Position numbers and translations under genes: made by a program. From Candidatus Marinacidobacterium sp. (lineage in GTDB: Bacteria > Acidobacteriota > Vicinamibacteria > Marinacidobacterales > Marinacidobacteraceae), in the NCBI GenBank assembly GCA_965204755.1, contig OZ242011.1:2784001-2848000 (forward strand): a DNA stretch of 64,000 nucleotides, written 5' to 3'. Numbering within the stretch: the first letter of the stretch is position 1; each line of letters opens with the position of its first letter. Positions 18,440 to 27,082 of the stretch are shown here, in pieces. Below the pieces are notes generated by a model. That model did not search any database. It saw nothing but the letters and a program-made list of their open reading frames with translations, and was not told where the DNA came from.

Positions 18440-18856
18440 CTACAGGTGCCGAGAGAGCAGAATCAGTAGGGCGAACAGTCCGGCCGCCACGATCGGGCCG
18501 GCGATCATCCACCTCCGAATGCGCGCCTCCATTGCTGCGTTCTCGGCGTCAGAGACGAGTTGCATCGCCTCGATTCCCGCTCGGATGCCCGCGATTTCCG
18601 CCTCGGAGACGAGGCGTCGCGCCTCCTTTTCCGCCTCGTGAGTGGCGAGGCCTCCGGTCTCGGTCCCGGCTCGGATGTCTTCGATCCTCGCCTGCGTAAC
18701 GAGGCGCAGTGCCTCGATTCGTGCGTGGGCGACTTCGAATTCCGCTTGGGTTACGAGGCGGCAAGCCTCGATCTTCGCCTGGGTGACGAGGCGCCCCCCG
18801 ATTTCGGGCAGGAAACCTTGGATGGGGGCCAACAGCGCCGAGTTCGGATCGAGCAT
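18440..18856 (-). CDS. Coiled-coil repeat protein with a C-terminal TM anchor (DUF1640-like)
   Basis: Repeated RLVTQAxxE/RLVSEAE units, then RWMIAGPIVAAGLF. Confidence 0.55.
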   Translation of the reverse strand: MLDPNSALLAPIQGFLPEIGGRLVTQAKIEACRLVTQAEFEVAHARIEALRLVTQARIEDIRAGTETGGLATHEAEKEARRLVSEAEIAGIRAGIEAMQLVSDAENAAMEARIRRWMIAGPIVAAGLFALLILLSRHL

Positions 18857-19023
18857 GGAACCATCGTAGCGGGAACTCCCATCCTCCGCCCGGCCGGGGA
18901 AGCGCGGCGCGCGCCTCACCTCCACAGTCGGCCCCGGAGCGCTGTCAGGTCCCGCGTCGCCCGCGGGCCGGGACAGTCGGCGGTCGCTGTCGGGAGGCGG
19001 GCTCGGCGGAATTGCCGCGGGAA

Positions 19024-19254
19024 TCAGCGGAGCGCGACGATCAGTCCGGCCAACCCCAACATCGCGCCGAACACGGCGCCGAACATCCACTTGACCAGAC
19101 TCCACCTGACCTTCTCGAGGTCCGCCTTGGTCGCCGCGTTCCCGTGGAGCAGGGCGGCCCGCTCCTCGGCGAGCGCTTCGGCCTGTTCGGAGAAGCCGTT
19201 CTGCGTCAGATTCTTCACGAACCGGTGGGTGTCGAACGGGATGGCGACGGTCAT
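19024..19254 (-). CDS. DUF1640/CCDC90-like protein
   Basis: FDTHRFVKNL..GFSEQAEAL, ATKADL and LVKWM plus TM helix. Confidence 0.75.
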   Translation of the reverse strand: MTVAIPFDTHRFVKNLTQNGFSEQAEALAEERAALLHGNAATKADLEKVRWSLVKWMFGAVFGAMLGLAGLIVALR

Positions 19255-19599
19255 GGGACGGGAACTTAGCGAAGGGCCGGATCGCCGATCGAGCCGGCGA
19301 CGCGCCCAACCACCACCCGGGCCCGCCGCCGCGCTTGCCGGAGCCCGACCGGCCGCCGCCCGACCACCCTCCACCCCCCTGATGCCGCGCTAGCATCCGC
19401 GCTCCTCGCGGGCGGTCGCCCGCGCGTCCCGCAGTTGAGTTGGCGGGGCGTTTCCGCTGTCGCTCTTTCCCGGCCCCGGCGGGCGCCGTTCCCGCCGCGA
19501 TTCCCCGCCCGACGAACCCCCTGATGAACCCACGATGACCCGCCCGATGACGCCGACGCCGCCATGAGGCCGCCCTGACCGCCCCGTGAAGACCGCCCC

Positions 19600-20352
19600 G
19601 TGAAAAAGGTCCGGCCGCTCCCCCGACCCCTCCCCCGGCCGCGACGCCGCCTGATCCCGCGCCCGGCCCCGTTCCCCGCCTGGGCGCCCGGCGTCCCCCG
19701 CCGCCGGCGCCCGGTCCCGGGCGAAGACCCCGGCGCGCGCCTCCTCGACAGCGGCGCCCGCGGCCTCACCAACGAGGAACTGCTCGGCCTCGTCCTCGGC
19801 GAGGGCGGGGACCTCCCGCGCCGGGTGCTGGAACGCTCCGGCGGCGTCGCCCGGCTCTGCCAGACGCCGCCGGGGCAGGCGGCGCAGTGGCCCGGCCTCT
19901 CCCGCTCCCGCCTCGTCCGGATGTTCGCGGCGCTCGAACTCGGCCGGCGCGGCGCCTACCCCTGCGACGGCCGGATGCCCTGCTTCCGCACTCCGGAGGA
20001 AGTCGCGCGGTATGTCCTCGCCCGCTTCGGCAACAAGGAGGTCGAGGAGTTCGGCGTCCTCCTCCTCGACACCCGCGGCTGCCTGCGCCGCGCGGAGATC
20101 GTCTCCCGCGGGTCGCTCACCGGGGCGATCGTCCACCCCCGCGACCTCTTCCGGCTGGCCGTCTCCTACCAGGCGGCCTCGGTCGTCCTGTTCCACAACC
20201 ATCCGTCCGGCAACCCGCTGCCCTCCGACGCCGACCGCCACCTCACCCGGCGGCTCCAGGAGGCCGGCAAGACGGTGGGCATCCCCATCCTCGACCATGT
20301 GGTCGTCGGCGCCGGCCGCTGGTACTCGTTCGCCGAAGCCGGCGACCTCTGA
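19600..20352 (+). CDS. radC: RadC JAB-domain protein
   Basis: VHPRDLFR, FHNHPSGNPLPSDAD and ILDHVVVG; start uncertain. Confidence 0.9.
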   Translation: MKKVRPLPRPLPRPRRRLIPRPAPFPAWAPGVPRRRRPVPGEDPGARLLDSGARGLTNEELLGLVLGEGGDLPRRVLERSGGVARLCQTPPGQAAQWPGLSRSRLVRMFAALELGRRGAYPCDGRMPCFRTPEEVARYVLARFGNKEVEEFGVLLLDTRGCLRRAEIVSRGSLTGAIVHPRDLFRLAVSYQAASVVLFHNHPSGNPLPSDADRHLTRRLQEAGKTVGIPILDHVVVGAGRWYSFAEAGDL

Positions 20353-20388
20353 CGCCGGGCGACCACGCCCGAGGCGCCGAGGGGGGTA

Positions 20389-20865
20389 TCAGTCCCCGGA
20401 AGCGGACTTCCCGCAGTCGCGGCAGACGCCGTACAACTGGTGGCGATGCGACACGAGCCGGTAGCCGTATTCCTCCGCCACCTCGTCCTGCCGGCGCTCG
20501 ATCTCCGGGGACAGGAACTCGTCTATCCGCCCGCATTCGAGGCAGATCAGGTGGTCGTGGTGCTCCCGCGACAGTTCCGGCTCGAACCGGGTCAGCCCGT
20601 CCTTCAGGTCGATCGAGGACGCGATCCCGGCTTCGCAGAACAGGCGCAGCGCCCGATAGACCGTCGTGCGCCCCACGCCGGGGTGGGCGGCGCGCACTTC
20701 CGCGTGGAGGTCGTCGGCGGAGACATGCCCGCCCATTCCCAGGAACCGCTCGAGGATGAGTTCGCGCTGCCGGGACTTCTTGAGCCCGTTCTCCTGAGAG
20801 AACGACCGCAGCCGCTCGAACGCTTCCTCGCGGGTCGGCTGCGGGGACGGGACGGGTTCGGGCAT
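20389..20865 (-). CDS. Fur-family transcriptional regulator
   Basis: TVYRALRLF, HHDHLICLECG and CRDC. Confidence 0.9.
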   Translation of the reverse strand: MPEPVPSPQPTREEAFERLRSFSQENGLKKSRQRELILERFLGMGGHVSADDLHAEVRAAHPGVGRTTVYRALRLFCEAGIASSIDLKDGLTRFEPELSREHHDHLICLECGRIDEFLSPEIERRQDEVAEEYGYRLVSHRHQLYGVCRDCGKSASGD

Positions 20866-20982
20866 CGGCGGCGGCGCCCCGACCGCCGCCCGAACGGGCC
20901 GCGCCGGAACGCTCTTCGGAATATACCCAACCCCGTCCGCGCCGCCGGAAACCCCGCGCCCGGCCCCTAGAATCCGCCGCCC

Positions 20983-22158
20983 TTGCGCATCCTGTTCGTG
21001 GACGGCTCCGCCGGCCTGTCCGGCGACATGTTCCTCGGCGCGCTGCTCGACCTCGGCTACCCCGAGGAGCGCCTCCGCGAAGTCGTCGCCTCCTTCCGGG
21101 CGCCGGTCACCGTCTCGGTCAGCGAAGCCTCCCGCGGCGGCTTCCGCGGCAAGTCGCTCACCGTAACCGCCCCGAACGACCGCGGCCACCGCCATCTCGC
21201 CGAGTTCCTCGGCGTCCTCGAAGGCAGCGCCCTCGACGAACCCGCCCGCAAACGCGCCGCCCTCCTCCTCCGCCGGATCTTCGAGGCCGAAGGCCGGATC
21301 CACGGCCGGCCGCCGGAGTCCGTCCACCTCCACGAACTCGGCTCGCTGGACACGCTGGTGGACCTCGCCGGCGCCGCCGACGGCGTGGGGCATCTCGCCC
21401 CCGACCGCATCGTCTTCGGGCGGGTGAACCTGGGCAGCGGCTCCGTCACCGCCGAACACGGCGTCCTGGAAGTCCCGGCCCCGGCGACCGCGCTGCTGCT
21501 GCGCGGCGTCCCCACCTTCTCCGACGGCAGCGGCTTCGAGCGGACGACGCCCACCGGCGCGGCGCTGACCGCCCTCGCCGACGACTGCGGCGGCTGGCCG
21601 CGCTTCACGCCGACCCGCGTCGGCTACGGCCTCGGGACCGCCGACCCGAAGGAGGGCCGCCCGAACGCCCTGCGGATGGTGCTCGGCGACGCCGAAGACG
21701 CCGCGACCCGCCCGGGCGAGCCGCTGCTGGTCGTCGAGGCCACGGTGGACGACCTCTCTCCGGAACTCGCCCCGCACCTGCTGGAACGCCTGCTCGCCGC
21801 CGGGGCGCGCGACGCCTTCCTCACGCCGGTGGTCATGAAGAAAGGACGCCCCGGAGTCACGGTGACCGCCCTCGCCGCGCCCGACCGGCGCCGGGCGGTC
21901 GTCGAAACCCTGTTCGCCGAGAGCACCACCCTCGGCGTCCGCACCACCGAGGCCGCCCGTGAAACCCTCGAGCGCCGCGCCGTCCCGGTCGAGACCCCCT
22001 GGGGGCCGGTAACCGTGAAACTGGGGCTCGCCGCCGACGGGAGCATCGTGAACCGCGCCCCGGAGTTCGAGGACTGCCGGGAGTTGGCCGAGTCCGGCGG
22101 CGTCCCGCTCAAGGAGATCTACCGCGCCGCGCTCGCCGCCCCCCTCCCGGACGCCTGA
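20983..22158 (+). CDS. larC: Nickel pincer cofactor nickel-insertion protein
   Basis: GLSGDMFLGAL, VHLHELG, PAPAT, MKKGRPG and PEFEDC. Confidence 0.9.
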   Translation: MRILFVDGSAGLSGDMFLGALLDLGYPEERLREVVASFRAPVTVSVSEASRGGFRGKSLTVTAPNDRGHRHLAEFLGVLEGSALDEPARKRAALLLRRIFEAEGRIHGRPPESVHLHELGSLDTLVDLAGAADGVGHLAPDRIVFGRVNLGSGSVTAEHGVLEVPAPATALLLRGVPTFSDGSGFERTTPTGAALTALADDCGGWPRFTPTRVGYGLGTADPKEGRPNALRMVLGDAEDAATRPGEPLLVVEATVDDLSPELAPHLLERLLAAGARDAFLTPVVMKKGRPGVTVTALAAPDRRRAVVETLFAESTTLGVRTTEAARETLERRAVPVETPWGPVTVKLGLAADGSIVNRAPEFEDCRELAESGGVPLKEIYRAALAAPLPDA

Positions 22159-22204
22159 CGCCGGGACGCCTGACGCCCCCCCGCCCGCCCCGGCCCGCGC
22201 CGAA

Positions 22205-23059
22205 ATGACCGACTCGCACGCCCACCTCGACCAGCCGGCGTTCGACTCCGACCGGGACGCCGCGCTGCGCCGCGCCAAGGCCGCCGGCGTCCACACCGTC
22301 GTCTCCATCGGGATGCTCGACCCGGAAGGGTCCTGGCGCGGGACTTTCGCCCTCGCCGACCGCCTCCACCCCACCCCGGCAGACCACGCCGACCCGGCCC
22401 TCCCGCAGGTGTTCACCACCATCGGCTGCCACCCCCACGAGGCCTCCGGGTTCGACCGGTTCGGCGGGGAAGACCGCCTCGCGGAACTCGCCCGCCGGCC
22501 CCGCCTGGTCGCCATCGGCGAGATCGGGCTCGACTACCACTACGACCACAGCCCCCGCGAAGTCCAGCGCGAGGTGTTCCGCCGCCAGATCCAGGTCGCC
22601 CGCGCCCTCGGCCTCCCGGTCTCCGTCCACCACCGGGACGCCGAGTCCGACTTCCTCGAAATCGCCGACGCCGAAGGCCTCGACCGCTGCGGCGCCGTCC
22701 TCCACTGCTTCACCGCGTCCGAGGCCCTGGCCCGCGCCGCCCTCGAACGCGGCCTCTACCTCTCGTTCTCCGGCATCCTGACCTTCAAGAACGCCGAAGA
22801 CCTGCGGCAGACCGCCCGCCTCGTCCCGCGCGACCGCCTGCTGGTGGAGACCGACTCCCCCTATCTCGCCCCGGTCCCCCACCGGGGCAAGCGCTGCGAG
22901 CCGGCGATGGTGGTCGAGACCGCCCGGCGCCTCGCGGAGGTCCGCGGCGAGCCCCTCGCCGAACTCGAAGCCGCCACCGACGCCAACTTCCGCCGCCTCT
23001 TCCTCGACCGCCCGCCGGGCGCCGCCCCGGACGACCGCCCGGCCTCCCCGCCCGCCTGA
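22205..23059 (+). CDS. tatD: TatD-family hydrolase/DNase
   Basis: DSHAH, GCHPH, GEIGLDY, HCFT and ETDSPYLAP. Confidence 0.92.
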   Translation: MTDSHAHLDQPAFDSDRDAALRRAKAAGVHTVVSIGMLDPEGSWRGTFALADRLHPTPADHADPALPQVFTTIGCHPHEASGFDRFGGEDRLAELARRPRLVAIGEIGLDYHYDHSPREVQREVFRRQIQVARALGLPVSVHHRDAESDFLEIADAEGLDRCGAVLHCFTASEALARAALERGLYLSFSGILTFKNAEDLRQTARLVPRDRLLVETDSPYLAPVPHRGKRCEPAMVVETARRLAEVRGEPLAELEAATDANFRRLFLDRPPGAAPDDRPASPPA

Positions 23060-23129
23060 GCCCCGCCTCCCCCTGCGGGCCGTCCCCCGGCCCGGCCCCC
23101 GCCCGGTGCGATAATGGCGCCGGTTCCCA

Positions 23130-24164
23130 GTGATGCCGTCCGTTTCGAGCGCGGGGGTCCGGCTCGCCGAAATCGAAACGGAACTGGCCCCCGACCTCCG
23201 CGCGGTCGAAGACCTGCTGGCCCGGCAGGCCGACAGCCGGCTGGAACTCATCGAGCAGGCGAGCCAGTACCTCTACCGGAGCGGCGGAAAACGCATCCGC
23301 CCGATGATGCTGCTGCTCGCGGCGCGCGCCGCCGGCGACGCGTCGGGGGCGACGGGGGCGTCGGAGTCGCCGGGGCAGCCGGGGCAGGCCCCCTCCTACG
23401 GCGCCGTGGTGGAGATGATCCACACCGCCACGCTGGTCCACGACGACATCGTGGACGCCGCGGACACCCGGCGCGGGCGCGAGTCGCTGAACAACATGCT
23501 GGGGAACGACCTCACCGTGTTGATCGGCGACTACCTCTACATCCGCTCCATGTCGCTGGCGGTGGAGATGGGGAACCAGCGGATCGTGAGCCTGATCTGC
23601 GACCTGACCCTGCGGATGATCGAGGGGATGCTGCTGGAGATGGCGCGCGGCGGCGTCCTCGGCCTCACCCGGGAAGAGCACCTGAACATCCTCCGGCTGA
23701 AGACCGCCTGCCTCTTCCAGGGCTGCGGCCGCATCGGCGCGGCGGTGGCGGAGGCGCCCCCGGAAGTCGAGGAGGCGCTCGGGACCTACGGCCTGAACCT
23801 GGGAATGGCGTTCCAGGTCGCCGACGACCTGTTCGACTTCACCCGGAGCGCCGACGAAGTGGGCAAGCCGGTGCTCACCGACCTGAAGGAAGGCCACCTC
23901 ACCCTCCCGATCCTCTACGCGCTGGAACGCGAACCGGGGGCGGCGCCGCTGGTGGAGGGAGTGCTGGACAGCGGCCGGCTGGACGCCGAAACCCGCGCCG
24001 GGATCCTGTCGCTGGTGGAGCGGCGCGGCGGGCTGGACGAAGGACGACGGGTCGCGGCGGGTTACGCCGCCGCCGCCCGGGAAGCGCTCGCGCCCGTTCC
24101 GTCTTCCCGCTGGAAGGACGCGCTGGAAGCGCTGACCTGGTTCGTCATCTCGCGCGGCCGTTGA
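23130..24164 (+). CDS. Trans-polyprenyl diphosphate synthase
   Basis: GGKRIRP, LVHDDIVD..RRG, LKTA and FQVADDLFD. Confidence 0.92.
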   Translation: MMPSVSSAGVRLAEIETELAPDLRAVEDLLARQADSRLELIEQASQYLYRSGGKRIRPMMLLLAARAAGDASGATGASESPGQPGQAPSYGAVVEMIHTATLVHDDIVDAADTRRGRESLNNMLGNDLTVLIGDYLYIRSMSLAVEMGNQRIVSLICDLTLRMIEGMLLEMARGGVLGLTREEHLNILRLKTACLFQGCGRIGAAVAEAPPEVEEALGTYGLNLGMAFQVADDLFDFTRSADEVGKPVLTDLKEGHLTLPILYALEREPGAAPLVEGVLDSGRLDAETRAGILSLVERRGGLDEGRRVAAGYAAAAREALAPVPSSRWKDALEALTWFVISRGR

Positions 24165-24213
24165 GGCCGCTCCGGCCTGGCGCCGCGCCGCGGGGACGGC
24201 CGAGGCGACCGAC

Positions 24214-25458
24214 ATGACCGGCGCCGACTGGAACGACGCGGACATCGCCGTCCTGATCGTGGACGACGAGGCGGTCATCCGCCGCTCGCTCCGCCGCCGG
24301 CTGCGCTACGAGGGCTGGCGGGTCAGCGAAGCGGCTTCGGGGCCGGAGGCGCTGGCGGCGCTGGAGAAGGAACCGGCGGACCTGGTGATCCTGGACATCA
24401 AGATGCCGGGGATGGACGGGATGGAGGTGCTGCAGAAGATCCGCGCCGAGTCGCCCGGCGTCGCGGTGGTCATGCACACCGGGCACGGGGACATCGAGAC
24501 CGCGGTGAAGGCGATCCAGGCCGGCGCGGCGCACTTCCTGGAGAAGGGCGGGGGCAGCGACATCGGGGCGTGCCTGCGGATGGCCATCGAGAAGACGGCG
24601 ACCCTGGAGCGCAAGCGGTTGGAGGACGAGAACCGGCGGCTCGCCGCCGAAGTGGAGGAGCACCGGGAGCGTTCGGGGGGGTATCGGTTGATCGGGGATT
24701 CGCCGGCGATGGCGGCCGTCCGCGAGCGGATCGAGCGCGTCGCGGCGAGCGAAGTGCGGGTGTTGATCACCGGGGAGTCGGGGACGGGGAAGGAAGTGGC
24801 CGCCCGGCTGCTCCACGAGGGCAGCCCGCGCGCCGGGAAGCCGTTCGTGGAACTCAACTGCGCGGCGATTCCCGAGGAACTCATCGAGAGCGAACTGTTC
24901 GGGGCGGAGCGGGGGTCGTACACCGGCGCGCACCGGAAGATGGTGGGCAAGTTCGAGCAGGCGCACCGGGGGACGCTGTTCCTCGACGAAGTGGGTGACA
25001 TGAGCCCCAGGACGCAGGCGAAGGTGCTCCGGGCGCTGGAGGAGAGCCGCGTCACCCGCGTCGGCGGCGCCGAGGCGGTGGAGGTGGATGTGCGGGTGTT
25101 GTCCGCGACGAACCAGGACCTGCGGGGGGAGGGGTTTCGCAGCGACCTGCTGCACCGGTTGGAGGTGATCCCGCTGGCGATGCCGCCGCTGCGGGATCGT
25201 CCGGAGGATTTGCCGCTGCTGGTGGCGCACTTCCTGGAGTCGCTGTCACGCCAGGCGGGGCATCGTCCGCGCCCGTTCACGGAGGGTGCGTTGGCCGCTT
25301 TGGCGGCGCATCCGTTCCCGGGCAATGTCCGCGAGTTGCGGAACCTGGTGGAGCGGTTGTTGATCCTGAGCCCGGGCGACGAGATCACGGAGACCGATGT
25401 CCGCGACAACCTTGGCGCGGGCAGGCAGGGGGCGTCCGGGGCGGCGGGGAGCGGATAG
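24214..25458 (+). CDS. Sigma-54-type response regulator (REC + AAA+), no C-terminal HTH
   Basis: LDIKMPG receiver, GESGTGKE, ESELFG..GSYTGA and FPGNVRELRN. Confidence 0.88.
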   Translation: MTGADWNDADIAVLIVDDEAVIRRSLRRRLRYEGWRVSEAASGPEALAALEKEPADLVILDIKMPGMDGMEVLQKIRAESPGVAVVMHTGHGDIETAVKAIQAGAAHFLEKGGGSDIGACLRMAIEKTATLERKRLEDENRRLAAEVEEHRERSGGYRLIGDSPAMAAVRERIERVAASEVRVLITGESGTGKEVAARLLHEGSPRAGKPFVELNCAAIPEELIESELFGAERGSYTGAHRKMVGKFEQAHRGTLFLDEVGDMSPRTQAKVLRALEESRVTRVGGAEAVEVDVRVLSATNQDLRGEGFRSDLLHRLEVIPLAMPPLRDRPEDLPLLVAHFLESLSRQAGHRPRPFTEGALAALAAHPFPGNVRELRNLVERLLILSPGDEITETDVRDNLGAGRQGASGAAGSG

Positions 25459-25729
25459 AACACTCGTTCGGTGCCCGCCGCGAACTCCTGGCGCACCGCA
25501 CGGCGGTCCGGCCCGGCGTCGGCGAGCGCGCAGTCGGGAACAGTGGTGGCCGGATGCGCTCGCGCTCACTCGCCGGGGCGGGGCGCCACCGTCGTGGCGC
25601 GATGGCCGGGTGACGGTCCGCGAGTCCGGCAGAGGGGACGGAGGCTGCGGTCTGTGAACTTTTTTTCGGTACTACCCCTTGAAAAGTCCCGAAACCGTGA
25701 CAAATACAGGAGTGCGCGAGGTAGCACGC

Positions 25730-26740
25730 ATGGTTCCTGCCGAAAGACGACCTGCCGAACGGCCGACGGGCCGAGGCCCCGGCGCCCCATGGATGCGCGC
25801 GAGTTACGCACTCCTGTTCGCCTCCTTCACGGCGTTGTGCGCCATCGCATTCTGGCGACAGCGCGTGTCGGTCGAGCACCTCGAAATCCAGCCGCCGAAG
25901 CCGACCCGTTCGGCGCCCCGCGAGCATCAGCGGCCGTCAGCGCCCCCGGGGACGGCGGCATCGGGCGCTGTCATAGCCGACGGTCCTCCGGCGGAACGGC
26001 TCGTCGCGGCTTCGGCCGCCGGCGATATCGAGGTCGTCCGCGCCGCGCTGAAGGAGGGCGCGTCCCCTGACTCACGGAATCGCGAGGGGCGCGGAGCGCT
26101 CCACTCGGCCGCCGCCAACGGAGAGGACGCCGTCCTGAGAGCCCTCCTCGACGCCGGCGCGAAGATCGAGTCGCCTGACAGCATCGGATGGAGCCCGCTC
26201 ATCTGGGCGGCCTACACCGGAGCGGCGGCGTCCGTGGAAACGCTGCTCGCTGCCGGCGCCGATCCGAATGCGCGATACGACCCGAACCGGGTCACCGCGC
26301 TGGAGCAGGTGGTCGCCGGATGGCGGATGGCCGAATTGCGCGGGAAGCCTGCTCTTCGGGAGTTGGAGCGTCGGCGTATCGCCGAGAGCCTGCTCGCTGC
26401 CGGCGCGGACCCGAATCTGCCGGGGCCGTACGGGCCGCCCCTTCGTCTCGCTCCGCATCTCGACGAACAGCTGCTGGTGTCCCTGCTCCGATACGGAGCG
26501 CGGGTGGACGACCTCCCCGAACTTCGCCGCCTGACCAGGAGAGCGGGGTCGGTCGGGGACGGATTCCGTCGGGCGTTCCGGGAGGCCGATGAACGGGCCG
26601 CGCGCCGTCCCCCATCAGCGGAGGCTCGCCCGCCACGCCCTTCCGGACGAGTCTCTCCGAGGAGTCTTCGTTTACGCGACGGTGACGAAAGTCGCCGCGA
26701 TCCTGTATCCACTGTTTCTACCCAAGGGAGGACATCATGA
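25730..26740 (+). CDS. Ankyrin-repeat protein with an N-terminal hydrophobic segment
   Basis: ALHSAA, SPLIWAA and LLAAGADPN repeats; start uncertain. Confidence 0.8.
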   Translation: MVPAERRPAERPTGRGPGAPWMRASYALLFASFTALCAIAFWRQRVSVEHLEIQPPKPTRSAPREHQRPSAPPGTAASGAVIADGPPAERLVAASAAGDIEVVRAALKEGASPDSRNREGRGALHSAAANGEDAVLRALLDAGAKIESPDSIGWSPLIWAAYTGAAASVETLLAAGADPNARYDPNRVTALEQVVAGWRMAELRGKPALRELERRRIAESLLAAGADPNLPGPYGPPLRLAPHLDEQLLVSLLRYGARVDDLPELRRLTRRAGSVGDGFRRAFREADERAARRPPSAEARPPRPSGRVSPRSLRLRDGDESRRDPVSTVSTQGRTS

Positions 26741-26952
26741 GGATCTTTCTGGCCAACATCGTGGCCGCCGTCCTGTTGACGGCCGGCGCCGTGTTCCTCG
26801 CTGCTGCACCGGTCGCCGCGCAGGGCGACGAGCCCGAGTGCGAGGAGTTCTGCTGGTGGGAATGGCACGAGGAGTGTTTCGTGACTCCCGACGCCGGCTG
26901 GTGTTCCGGACACTTGGACGAGGTTTGCGAGATTCGCTGTCACCACCCGTGA
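26737..26952 (+). CDS. Small secreted cysteine-rich peptide
   Basis: AGGGAGG RBS; Sec signal ending ..PVAA; six Cys in the mature part. Confidence 0.7.
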   Translation: MRIFLANIVAAVLLTAGAVFLAAAPVAAQGDEPECEEFCWWEWHEECFVTPDAGWCSGHLDEVCEIRCHHP

Positions 26953-27082
26953 CCAGCCGCTGCGCCGTGAAGGCGCGCGACGGGACTTCTGGACTGGGGA
27001 ACGGAGCGCTTCGGCGCATCGGGTCACTCCCGGTCTCGGGGCTCCGCGCGCGCCCGGCGCGAGCGGGGTCCGGGCGAGTGCC

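Noticed and set aside
19500-19720. Short C-rich quasi-repeats upstream of and in the start of radC
   Set aside because: Low-complexity sequence with no consistent period or structure.
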